From Setoptus koraiensis (Eukaryota > Animalia > Arthropoda): 64,000 nt of DNA. The stretch is from contig CM106585.1 of the NCBI GenBank assembly GCA_048013815.1, forward strand, positions 7,378,001 to 7,442,000. Direction: 5' to 3'. The notes below the pieces were generated by a model, which did not search any database, was not told the DNA's origin, and was given only the letters and a program-made list of their open reading frames with translations. This document shows, one piece after another, positions 1-10,500 of this stretch (positions are counted from its first letter, which is position 1; every line of letters begins with the position of its first letter). Both the position numbers and the translations under genes were made by a program.

Positions 1-1921
1 ACTATGTGCCCACGAGCTCTTTTTTTGGTGATTTATGCTCCATAAAGAGACCTCATAGAAATATGGTTCACGCAGCGAGGTCCTCGTATGAGGCATTCAA
101 AGTGGCAAAAGATTGTCTTCTACAACAATTACAAGATCCAATCGAACAAAATTACTCTAACAGTTGTTTTCTACTCAATCCAAATGTTAACACTTAATTC
201 GTTTTAATAGAAAACTATTGTTGGAGTAACTTTGTTCAAGAAACAGCATTTAGTCCTTGAGCGTATCTATAAACTGAGAAAAATCTTAGTGGCAACTATA
301 TTACATGGAGGTGCGTCTCTAGTTAGCGAACTAGGGGCCAATGAACAGTTCCAACAATTCCGGATCTGAGGATATTTACGGAAACTTACCGGGACATAGA
401 TTCATAGAGTGGGCCATCTTAGCATAAGGAAAAATCCACCATTTTCATGTAATAACGTTCCATGTCTGGCGAAGCCGATAACCACTCAATATATTCCATG
501 TCGACAATAGTGTCTTGAGTGACCTTTGAGAATGCATCGTGAGCAAGGGAGGATGAAATTGAACAGGCTCCAGGATCAATACATTATGTGACACTATCGT
601 CTCCAGATAGTTTACTGCCAGTCATCATCTATATGAATTGTTTCTAGGAATATTGTTCATTATGGTGTGAGAATCCCTTGGTGAATCACTGTCCCGGATA
701 GATTTATTCATCTAATTAAAATCAAACACTCAAAAGATCCATTCAAGGCGTATGTAGGGAGATAAACCGTCGCAAAATGACCTTTCTGGCTCGTAAGACA
801 TAAATGAGAAATAAATAACAAGATGGATAATTACACAACTTGCATAGTGTTAACCATTAACAGTCTCACTGACTATGACGATGTTTTCTCTTCAGTAATG
901 TGTAGGGCACGTGGGTCGACACAGTATGCCGACAAGTTCTAGATTAGATTCCAGCAACAACAACAACTACCATTAATATTTGAATTGTTATATAAGCTGC
1001 ATGCCATGGTCATATTGTTTGGCTGGTTGTGCTAGTTGTTGTAATCAAATAAAATAAAAAATAATTTTAATAATGTAAAGTTGCGATATCTGTGCGTCAG
1101 CGTAGCAGTGATTGTTTGTGGCTGTTGTTGAATAATAGTAGCCACCACCAAGAGTGTGATAAATGGTCTAAATTTGTGCCAACATTCATTTCATTTTTAA
1201 TTGTTTGCATTGTTAATGTTTATATTTGCTCCCTTATATATCGCTTACATATCATCGCTTACTTGATTTCATCTTCTCTTTCAATGGAATCTTATATTTA
1301 ATATCTCATAGCATCACATCCTCTCCTATTTCCTCTTCTACTGGCCAAAATGTATGCACCAACTCATATTGCGCTCAAACTATGCCTATGCAGCTAAATT
1401 ATTATCATCATCATCTCAAATTTGCTACTAAAACTCTCCGAATCTCAAAATTAGTTATTCACTTGTTGGTCAGTCAGTTAGCCATTTAGCCATTTGGCCA
1501 GGCAGCCAGTTTGTGATGGCCTGATATAATATGATACAATAGCAGTACAACTAGGGTGCTGACAAGTGGCACTCACTAGGTATCTCACAGCACGACCAAG
1601 AAGACGGCAATACAAACGGCTCCGTTTCATTACACCGGTATGCTGCTGATACACTGACTCACTGATACCGATGATAATGATGTTTCGACCACTTTGGCCA
1701 TTGTTGTGGCTATCACAGTTGCCGGCAACAATATAAATGTGTTTTTCACAACTACAACCACAAATGGCTACAACTGCAACTATGACTATAACTTGTTTTC
1801 TCCGATCTCTGTTCTCTGTTAGCGATAGCAATAGCAACAGCAACTCTTCTCGAATGATCATGCAACACCATCATCATGGTCAATAAAAAATGAAGAATCC
1901 TGTCATTATCAACTCACCACA

Positions 1922-2712
1922 GTTAACTGCCAACAACAGCAATAAATCTATATTGCTTGGCATCGCCAACTATTGTGGTGAGTTGCTCTATGATGCCAAC
2001 GGTAACTAATATACCAATGTCGCCCTGAACACAGTGCCTGTAGCAGTGATGATAAAGAAGAAGTGATGGGATTTGTAAGTAAGTGGCTCGTAACAAATAA
2101 AAACTTTACTTTTGCTGGCAATCACCCACTATGATGGGGTGGCAATTAAATCAGTGTCGGGACAGTGTATAGGCGCAATCAATTACCTGATTGGATGGTC
2201 CCGGAAAGAAGTACGCCGGAAATGAGGCCCCACGAATTTGTCATAGTCGCAAGATTATTGTTAATGTTGAAGGCGCTCTCCTTGTTGTCAAGGTGTTGGC
2301 GGCATTAGCAAATTGTTGGCCAGACCTGGGGTTGCGCCACTAATGAGGCCAGCGGCCAAGGTCTGGTTGTTTTGTTGTGCACCCGATGTCGTACAACTCC
2401 TAAAGATGTCTATTTCGTTTTGCTGATAGAATTGAAAGAATCTCTCCAGGAATGTTCTAGGACTTAGATCGTACCTGAGACAATTGGTCAAGTGATCATA
2501 AATACTGTTGAGATTGTGTCTTGTGTGACCGTTGCTTTGTTTGGTGAATTTCAAATACTTTTGCAAAGCTCTGGCCATTGTCGGGTATATTGAGCGTGCT
2601 GCCTCGTGCGGCTCCATGGGTGCCTGCACCGTGGGCGCACCATTGATACCTAATCCGCCGACCATAAGATTGTTGGTGTTGGTGTTGTTTGTGGCTGGCG
2701 CAAGCAGATGAA
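1922..2712 (-). pseudogene. Vang: Van Gogh/Strabismus C-terminal cytoplasmic region, disrupted remnant
   Basis: ORF 2288-2875 contains PMEPHEAARSIYPTMARALQKYLKFTKQ...LNSIYDHLTNCLRYDLSPRTFLERFF, matching the Vang motif MDPREAAQAIFASMARAMQKYLR...[25 protein letters not shown]. A shifted frame gives NSWGLISGVLLSGTIQSG, then a GT-AG intron (2186-2037), then GTVF and, after another shift, QGDIGILVTV...DAKQYRFI. Stop at 2288-2290, at least two frameshifts, no ETSV terminus, and no four-TM N-terminal half seen in the window. Confidence 0.72.
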
Positions 2713-2813
2713 CTGTTCGTTGTTCATGTCGGTTTATTGATGGGCAATACCATGCAAGATGCCATACGCAAGTACATTGAACATGGGCAACAGGTGAAAA
2801 GAAAGATATGCAG

Positions 2814-3101
2814 ATTGATTCCGACATTTGATACAAAACAATCAATTTGGCCATATTTCTGTATTGTGAAATCAACCAAATTTTTGCGATGCGCAGACAC
2901 TAATTTTTGCATCTATGGCTGATAATACGATACTTACCCGTAGCTAGATGCTGTCACCATGGCGACTCTGTTGTTAAATCAACTGGGCAAAGTTTTGGTG
3001 GGACTAGTGTTGACGTTGCGACAAAGTTTGCTCACGCAATTGCACAATCGCCCAAGCTGCGTATTCTTCAGAAGAGATTTGGCAATTGATGATGGAAGCA
3101 T
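2814..3101 (-). pseudogene. DHRS4: DHRS4-like short-chain dehydrogenase/reductase remnant
   Basis: Reads MLPSSIAKSLL...TLPS*FNNRVAMVTASSYG up to a GTAAGT donor at 2937 (cf. NKVALVTASTDG of DHRS4), then HRKNLVDFTIQKYGQIDCFVSNVGIN (cf. [26 protein letters not shown]). The intervening ~45 residues and the catalytic YxxxK half are absent; in-frame TGA at 2979-2981. Confidence 0.6.
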
Positions 3102-4370
3102 CTTAGTGATCAACTCGATCTCAAGCAGCGAAAACTGTCTCCAGGTTGATATAAGATACCTTTCATTTTTTTGTGCATATAAGCCGCAAAGGATTGTGAA
3201 AGTAACGAAGATATTGTTTTGTGAAACAATGGATATAGGGATTCTCAAGGTCGATTCGAAATTGAAATCGCATCTCAACTGAACTGCTGGCAATGAAACC
3301 GACAGATACCTTCATTGCATATGGCACCGCTCTGTGGCCGCAGAGCACGAGAGAAAAGGCGTTCTGCGCGAGGTGATACGGCAGCCCGACAAATTATTTC
3401 GCAAAGTGAGTCTTTCTCGATTTATGGGGTGGTCGCAAATAGGATCATATTTTGACTGAGCTTCCATGGTGCATTTTCATGAGTGATGCACTGACAAATT
3501 GTGAGTAGACAAATTGATTGTTGCTGTTAGAGGCGAATGTCGCTGTTTGCTGGCTGCTATCAATGATGCCAATCTGATTAATATCGATTATCGAGTTGCG
3601 GCTTGAGTTTGGACGCGCAACAAGTGCACTATTTTGGGCCTTTTTTACTCATTACTAACAGCCGTTTATTAACAGCCGATTATTTGAGGCAGCAGCAGCA
3701 ACAACAACAACAACAGTTGTTTATTGGGCAGTTTTAGCGCGTTAAGCCATTAAGGAGCCGTCATTCTCCGATTGCAATTGACTCCACTTACATACAAACT
3801 CATATAGTGTGTGTACGCGTACAACAAATGGCGTATCGCTTGGTTGTTGTGCAGACGTTTGCGATGATTGATGGTGTTTGGCTGTTGTTGATTATCCATT
3901 ACACACTGGTATCACTGGCACCAGTTGTGGTTGTAGTTGTGGTTGTGGTTTTGGATAGTCGTTGACCAGTGTACGAGAGCGGTCGTGCTCATTGCGGCCA
4001 GCAATGTGTGTCGGTTTGGTGGTTGCCGTTTGGTCGCTTTTTAAATATTATATTATTAATAATATTATTGATAACACGCAAACGCATGTTGGCTTGATTT
4101 CAAGCCAACGAATTCGGCCAAATCAATTGCACATCGCGGATTGCATCGCGCGTATGTGTGAATGATCGATGACCATTAAATGAATTAATCGTGATGATAA
4201 TTCCTCGCTCGTCGGCCCATCAAGCGCCAACAACAACAACAACAACAACAACAACGACGACGACTGCTCACAATCGCTGTTACAATTGCTGTTGCAGTTG
4301 CTGTTACAATTGCTGTTACAGTTGCTGTTACAAAGATTGCGCTTGCCTAGTCACACTCTGCCCTCCGTCG

Positions 4371-4588
4371 ATATCCACTCTATCGAATATCCACTCTATC
4401 GAATATCCACTCTATCGAATATCCTCTCGATCGAATATCCACTCGATCGAATATCCACTCTATCGAATATCCGCGCCACCGATATCCACTGCATCGATAT
4501 GCACTCTAGCGAGTATCCACTCCATCGATATCCACTGCGTCGAGTGTGCACTTTGGCGAGTCTATCGAATATCCATTGGAATATCCTC
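4371..4588. repeat. 16-bp minisatellite (ATATCCACTCTATCGA), decaying 3'-ward
   Basis: Near-perfect units at 4371, 4387 and 4403, then progressively degenerate copies. Confidence 0.9.
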
Positions 4589-5823
4589 TTGCACGTCGGA
4601 GTGGCGGACATTGTTGGACAATTGCAATCAATGCTAATCACTGCTGTGCTCAATTAGCCACTCTTGTGCCATGCGCAATGTTTGTGCGCAACAAAGCAAC
4701 AAAAACTGTGCGCTGCAACGCGATACAACAACGATACCATAACAGTATCATGGTAATGATGATATTGTGACGGCTGTGACGCGCTCGCCGACGACCGCCG
4801 TCACGTCCACAACGATGACGCACTTGATACTTGATCGTGGCCAACGATCCACTTTTATCTCCGCGCATATCCGCGCATATCCGCGCATATCCACTTGTAT
4901 CCACTTATATCCGCTGCACTGGTTGCATTTATCCGCTTGGTGCAGCCACTTGAGCCATTCCAATTGAATCCACTGCGACAGTCAGTGTGGCCGGTACCGG
5001 CGAGACTGTCTCAGCGTCGGGCCCACAGCATCGCTGACTGGCCAGGGTATGGGCTCGCGATGGCAGCCACTGCGCTCCTCTAATCGGCTACCGGGCTCTG
5101 TCAGCTGTTTCAAATAGTATCAGTGCAGCGTTTGATTGCTGCAAATTGAAATTCAAAATCAAAATCAAATTGCGACGCATGAACCCACTTTGTGCGCTCA
5201 TTGGCGATTTGGCACGCTCGCCCAGCTTATCTGGCAGTTTCATTTCATAAGGCAGCTTCGTCTGACGAGCTTGTTGATTTGGCCGAGACAGAGACACGAT
5301 TCACTTGTTGTTGTTGTTGTTTGTAATTGCCTGTCGATGGCACACTCGACAGGCAATCGACAACTTGCATCCGTCTCACCCTTCGCCTCGCCAGCTCGCC
5401 CGACAGCCGCCAGCTCAACCGACCGTCACAAGCTCGCCAGCAGCTGCCTGCCGGCGGCTGGATGAACCGCCGACGAGATAAACCGACGCGATACTACCGA
5501 CGAGTCAGGCTGGCTGGCACAGGTAAAAGGGGTAGCCAAAGGGTGACTGCTAATGGATTTGTTTTTCGTTATCTGCTTGCTCTTTCATCTTTTCAAAAAT
5601 GCACAGCGCGTTTTGCTGCGCGGCACAGGGCGCTTTTTTCGACAAACAGTGATCAGTTAACAGTGATCGCAGTTAACAGTGTCGACACTGTTAGTGCGGC
5701 CAAACAACAGCGCTAATAGCGCTAATCGCTCTGAAGCGAGAAACTGTGCCGCTGCCCGGTGGCGCAGTGGTGAAGCCGCCATCGCTGTGCACACTTGCGC
5801 CGCCGCTCACTCGCCTATAGGGA

Positions 5824-5863
5824 GCGCATGCGCAGTGGGCCAATCTAAAGATAAATTATATAA
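5824..5863 (+). promoter_or_regulatory. Candidate proximal promoter of sine oculis
   Basis: GCGCATGCGC (NRF1/Ewg-type palindrome) 5824-5833, CCAAT 5840-5844 and TATATAA 5857-5863 in 40 bp, ~270 bp upstream of the conserved start Met. Motif match only. Confidence 0.4.
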
Positions 5864-5964
5864 TATGCATCGAATGGAGAGTGTGCTGGCAGCAGTCGCG
5901 TTTGACAAGTCACAGCAACACGACGACGGCGACGACGACAACAACAACAACAACAACAGCAGTG

Positions 5965-5995
<31 letters not shown>

Positions 5996-6131
5996 AAACA
6001 ACGACAACAGAAACAACGACAACCACAACACCAACCGCAACATCGACGACAGCGCCGACGACGACGACGAGTCACTTTGCACTGCCCGCCACAGACAAAC
6101 CAATCATCTCATATATCAGTATGAAATCAAG

Positions 6132-6316
6132 ATGAACGCTTACTTTTTACGTTTTAATTTCACTCAAGAGCAAGTGGCAACCGTTTGCGAAGTGCTCATA
6201 CAATCAGGAAACATCGAGAGATTGGCGAGATTTCTCTGGTCATTGCCCATCAATCCGCAGCAAATACAATTGAACGAGTCAGTGTTAAAGGCGCGCGCAC
6301 TAATACATTACCACAG
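6132..6316 (+). CDS. so: sine oculis / Six1-2 homeobox protein, coding exon 1 (SIX domain N-terminus)
   Basis: [39 protein letters not shown]...[15 protein letters not shown] matches the SIX domain; AG|GTAAGT donor at 6316/6317. ATG 6132 aligns with the Six1 start; in-frame upstream ATGs at 5865 and 5874 are alternatives. Confidence 0.93.
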
Positions 6317-6762
6317 GTAAGTACACTCACCTAGCCAGTCAGCTGACTGTCGACTGACCAGCTTCTCGGCGAACCCGCTGACCAGCGAACCCGCTGACCA
6401 GCGAACCAGCTCACCGGCTGGCTGGCCGAACCTATAAACTTGTCTATAAGCACGCCTGTTCGTGGTGGCCAAGACAGCAAGCCGCTTTATCTGTGCCGAG
6501 ACGGTCGTTTTAACAAGACATTTTGTACCTATAATCGCCCATCTATCACACGTATCGTTCAACTGTGCCACTGTGCCGCAACGCATTACCTCAAAACACG
6601 TGAACTGTGCCACCTGTGTGACAACTGTGCAAACCACGCAAACGACCATCGGCGAATCACCAATGAATGATTGAATTAAACGCGAAAATTTCGCTCTAAA
6701 TGAAACGCGAAAATTTGTGTGAATCAACTGCAAATCAACTGCGTGTGTGTTAAATGGAGCAG

Positions 6763-7255
6763 AGGCGAATACAAACAACTGTACAAACTGTTGGAATCGC
6801 ACAACTTCTCCCCACAAGCACATCCAAAATTGCAAGACTTATGGCTGAACGCACATTACAACGAGGCCGAGCGGTTTAGGGGCCGGCCGCTAGGTGCGGT
6901 AGGCAAGTACCGGATTAGGCGCAAATATCCGTTGCCGCGCACCATTTGGGACGGCGAAGAGACATCATATTGTTTTAAAGAGAAATCCCGCAATGTTTTA
7001 CGCGATTGGTACCAGCACAATCCGTATCCTAGTCCGCGCGAGAAGCGCGATTTGGCCGAACGAACGGGCCTAACAACGACACAGGTGAGCAATTGGTTTA
7101 AGAATAGGCGGCAACGGGATAGGGCCGCCGAAGCTAAGGGACTGCATCATAATGGAACGCAAAGTCACAATAGGGACGACAGAGACACGGACGACATAGA
7201 CGGCGACGAGGAGGAAGAGGACGACGACGACGACGACGACTACCTGACCGTGTGA
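6763..7255 (+). CDS. so: sine oculis / Six1-2 homeobox protein, coding exon 2 (rest of SIX domain, homeodomain, acidic tail)
   Basis: CAG acceptor 6760-6762 restores HR|[13 protein letters not shown] in phase 2; contains [15 protein letters not shown] (ETSY is diagnostic of the Six1/2/so class) and [35 protein letters not shown]; TGA 7253-7255; 225 aa from ATG 6132; AATAAA at 7575-7580. Confidence 0.96.
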
Positions 7256-10200
7256 TCCCGACAGATGATGTCGACAGTGCATACAATGGCCAGCACACAA
7301 TATCGAGCATAAGTGTATCTATATGCAAACATCTAGGCTACCCATGTATTCCAGATAAATCTAATTCGTGTTAGCGTTTGTGTGTGTGTTGTCCCTATTT
7401 ATTTATTGAAACGAGCGCGCTGGATGGTTCGACAGCAGCAACAACCGGTGCTCGACAACAACTGGTGCTCGACAACAACGGCAACAACAGCAGCAGCAGC
7501 AACAACAACCACAACGACAGCCAGAGAACAGCACTTTAAATTCTAACAAACAGTGTCATTACTCATTTACTCTGAATAAATTACTCATTTCATCTTTCTC
7601 TCACTCTATTCACGGTGCCCAATTTAATCAAAAAACACAACCGGCAGCCGATTGGCAGCACCCTCGGCCGCTCGCCAATTGCGTTGTCTCTTTAACAGGG
7701 TGCAGTATAAAATACAGTAAAAAATACACACAATCCGAGAATGCGCCTCTGAGCCAGTCTGAGAAATGCAGTTGAGTGGTGTCATTGTTTGCTTGTTTGC
7801 GCTAGTCGTTGGCGTCGTTGCTCAACAATGAGAACGGATACCAGTTTCAATGGCTGATTATTCAATTGCGTGTGTGTGTGCGTGTGTGTGGTCAAACGGC
7901 TAACCACTAATGGCACCCCGGCCACCTTGCACACATTAACACCTTGCCGTGGTTGGCGCTGTTGTCGCTCATGCTGCTGTTGTTGCTGTTTGGTTGTTGT
8001 CTGGTTGTTGTTGTTGTCTGGTTGTTGTTGCTGTTGCTGTTGTCTGGCCATTGTTGGTATTGTTTACTGAATGAAAATTGAACAGGCGCCCAATTTACTA
8101 CAAGACGCCATTGTGTGCTCGCCAAATGTTTGCCTGATGCTGTTTGTGCAATTCTTGCGGCTTGCGACGTTCTTATGGCCGCAATATAGCCGCGATGTGC
8201 CCACAATGTACTCTCAATTACAGCTCAACAACCGACAACAACCACAACAACCACAACAACCGACAACGACCGACAACAACCACAACAACCACAACAGACA
8301 CGCATCGCCAGACAGTGGGAGAGCAATTGCAACATTTTGCTGCTGCTGGCCGGCAATCGTCGAGGCGCCCACAATAATGGCCCGCGATAATGGTGGCCGC
8401 CATCGACGAGTTGATAGTGGCGCTGCTATCGTGCCCACAATTACAATGTTGGGTGTGCTAACAATGTTGCCGGCCGAGCTCACCTTTACACTGTCCATGC
8501 TGGGCATAGTTAGTTTACACTGGCCACATAAACATAATCTCTTGATGTGCCAGCTGATCGGCGCAATCACACTGGCGATAACGGGCCATCATCATTACAT
8601 CGTTGTGGTTGCATCGTAGTGCTTACATCGGCAGCGTTACGTCGGCAGCGTTGCGTCGGCAGCGTTACGTCGGCAGCGGCAGCGGACAGTGGACAGCGCC
8701 GATCAGGTGAGCAACATTAACAACATTAATGAGTTTGGGACAACGCCCGTCGGCCATTTGTCACCTGTCCTATAGTTGCTGTCGAGCAACAACGACAACG
8801 AGCAATTAATTGCGCGCCTCGTCGTCACGTTTAAATACAATGTTTGTTTGTTTGGTTCGTTGCGCAATCCACCGACAATTGCGCTCGACACCCAAACAAA
8901 CAAACGAACACTGACACCTGTTCTAGTTGCAGTTGCAGCAGTTGTCTTATATTGTCTAACAATATTATAGGTATAGGTGCCAGCTCTTACCTATATGGCT
9001 GCCTATATATTAATTACGTCCTATCATGACTTGTCGTGTGTGTGTGTGTGTGTGTTGTCTCAACATGCCATTCAGCTGCTCGCCACATTCAGCTGTCACA
9101 TTTTGCTGCAAACTCTTTGCCAGCTTTTGGCCTTTCGCATTGGTTTGTGTTGTGTCAGAGTTTTGTGAATAGCACAATAAAACAGTGAATAGCTCAGCTA
9201 CAAATTGCCGGGCACACAGTGGCCAGGTAGACACAGGCACATAGACAGAGATGGCGAGATAGTTGAATGGGCGAGTTCACGGCGACGGCTGCCATTGTAA
9301 TCATTGTTGCAACCGTCATTGGTGCCTAATAAACTATTGTATGTTAGTGTAACCGCAATTAATTGCGCTGATTGCGTTTATGTTTGAGCGTGGCTTGCGA
9401 GTGTGCAAGCCAACAGCACACTAATAATCGACAAAGCCACTTTAAATTGCCAGCTGAATCAGGCGCAACAGCAACAACAGCAGCAGCAACAACAACAACA
9501 ACCGCACCACTCAAACAACAACAACAACCGCACCACTCAAACCACAAGCTGAAACAAGTGCCTGTTTGTCTAGACAACGCCAACAACAAGCTGCCAGAAT
9601 AATTGAGCGAGCTTTTGAATCAAGGTGCAATCGGTTAGTGGTAAGTGGCTGAGATTTGAGATTTGAGAAAGAGAGCGGCGACAAACAAACCACAGTTGCC
9701 ACATTGATGAGACCTGACATGATGAGCCAGTCACGATCGCCAGCAACAACACATGCTCAAAGCGACTCGAACATCACGTATATCTCATGTTATCTCATTA
9801 ATATAATCTATACTGCAAGCAGATTATCTGCGTCGCTACAGTCGCTATTCATGGACGGTATCAAGATTAAATCAAATGGGGCTAGAGTATCGTGCCAGCA
9901 CAATTGATACCTTGCATGCTTCACTTTATCAAAAGCTCATCTCGTATCCCGCTCGATACTAGTCAATGGATATCGTATAAATATGAACACCATTTACTGT
10001 CTCACAACACTGTGACTTGCATCTACAAATCGTTGTGATGGCCATACAAATGATATAGATACCAATGATATGGATACAAATGCACCATCCATATCCATAT
10101 ACATATCCATGTACATGTCCATATCCATATCCATGTCCATATTCATGTCCATGCACATATCCATGCACATGTGAATATTCGCGATAAGCACGGTATAACA

Positions 10201-10322
10201 TGCCCAATACTATTGGGCCAATAGCGGCTATGAATATAGGAACATGGCGCGAACATAATACATGAATACGAGCGATGAATTATCCACGCTGAATAATTCA
10301 TGAATTTGCTGTTCGGATAGTT

Positions 10323-10500
10323 CGTATGAGTGGATATCGTACGAGTGGATATTTCACCAGTGGATATCGTATAAATGGATATCGTCTAAGTGGATAGTGT
10401 ATAAGTGAATAGTGTATAAGTGAATAGTGTATAAGTGAATAGCGTATGAGTGAATAGCGTATGAGTGAATAGCGTATGAGTGAATAGCGTATGAGTGAAT
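10323..10500. repeat. 15-bp minisatellite, about 12 units
   Basis: Units grade from GTGGATATCGTAYRA through GTGAATAGTGTATAA to GTGAATAGCGTATGA. Confidence 0.9.

Noticed and set aside
1-900. AT-rich non-repetitive stretch with splice-like signals and short frames (ORF 6-197; minus-strand IDPGACSISSSLAHDAFSK...)
   Set aside because: All frames hit stops quickly and no family motif could be confirmed; may be a decayed gene or TE but unsupported without BLASTX.
3300-3412. Plus-strand exon-like segment (EHERKGVLREVIRQPDKLFRK|GTGAGT) divergent from the DHRS4 remnant
   Set aside because: No start, partner exon or recognisable domain.
4371-4588. Regularly spaced repeats resembling a CRISPR array (also 10323-10500)
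   Set aside because: Units are contiguous with no unique spacers, no cas genes, and the context is eukaryotic.
5679-6131. 151-codon upstream extension of the So ORF
   Set aside because: Starts at GTG, is mostly AAC/GAC repeat and overlaps promoter-like motifs; not counted as CDS though not excluded.
8071-8619. 182-aa ORF, and similar ORFs at 13718-14110, 15261-16468, 57643-58215, 58608-59063 and 61620-62315
   Set aside because: Repeat-derived runs, overlapping ORFs on both strands, no domain signature.
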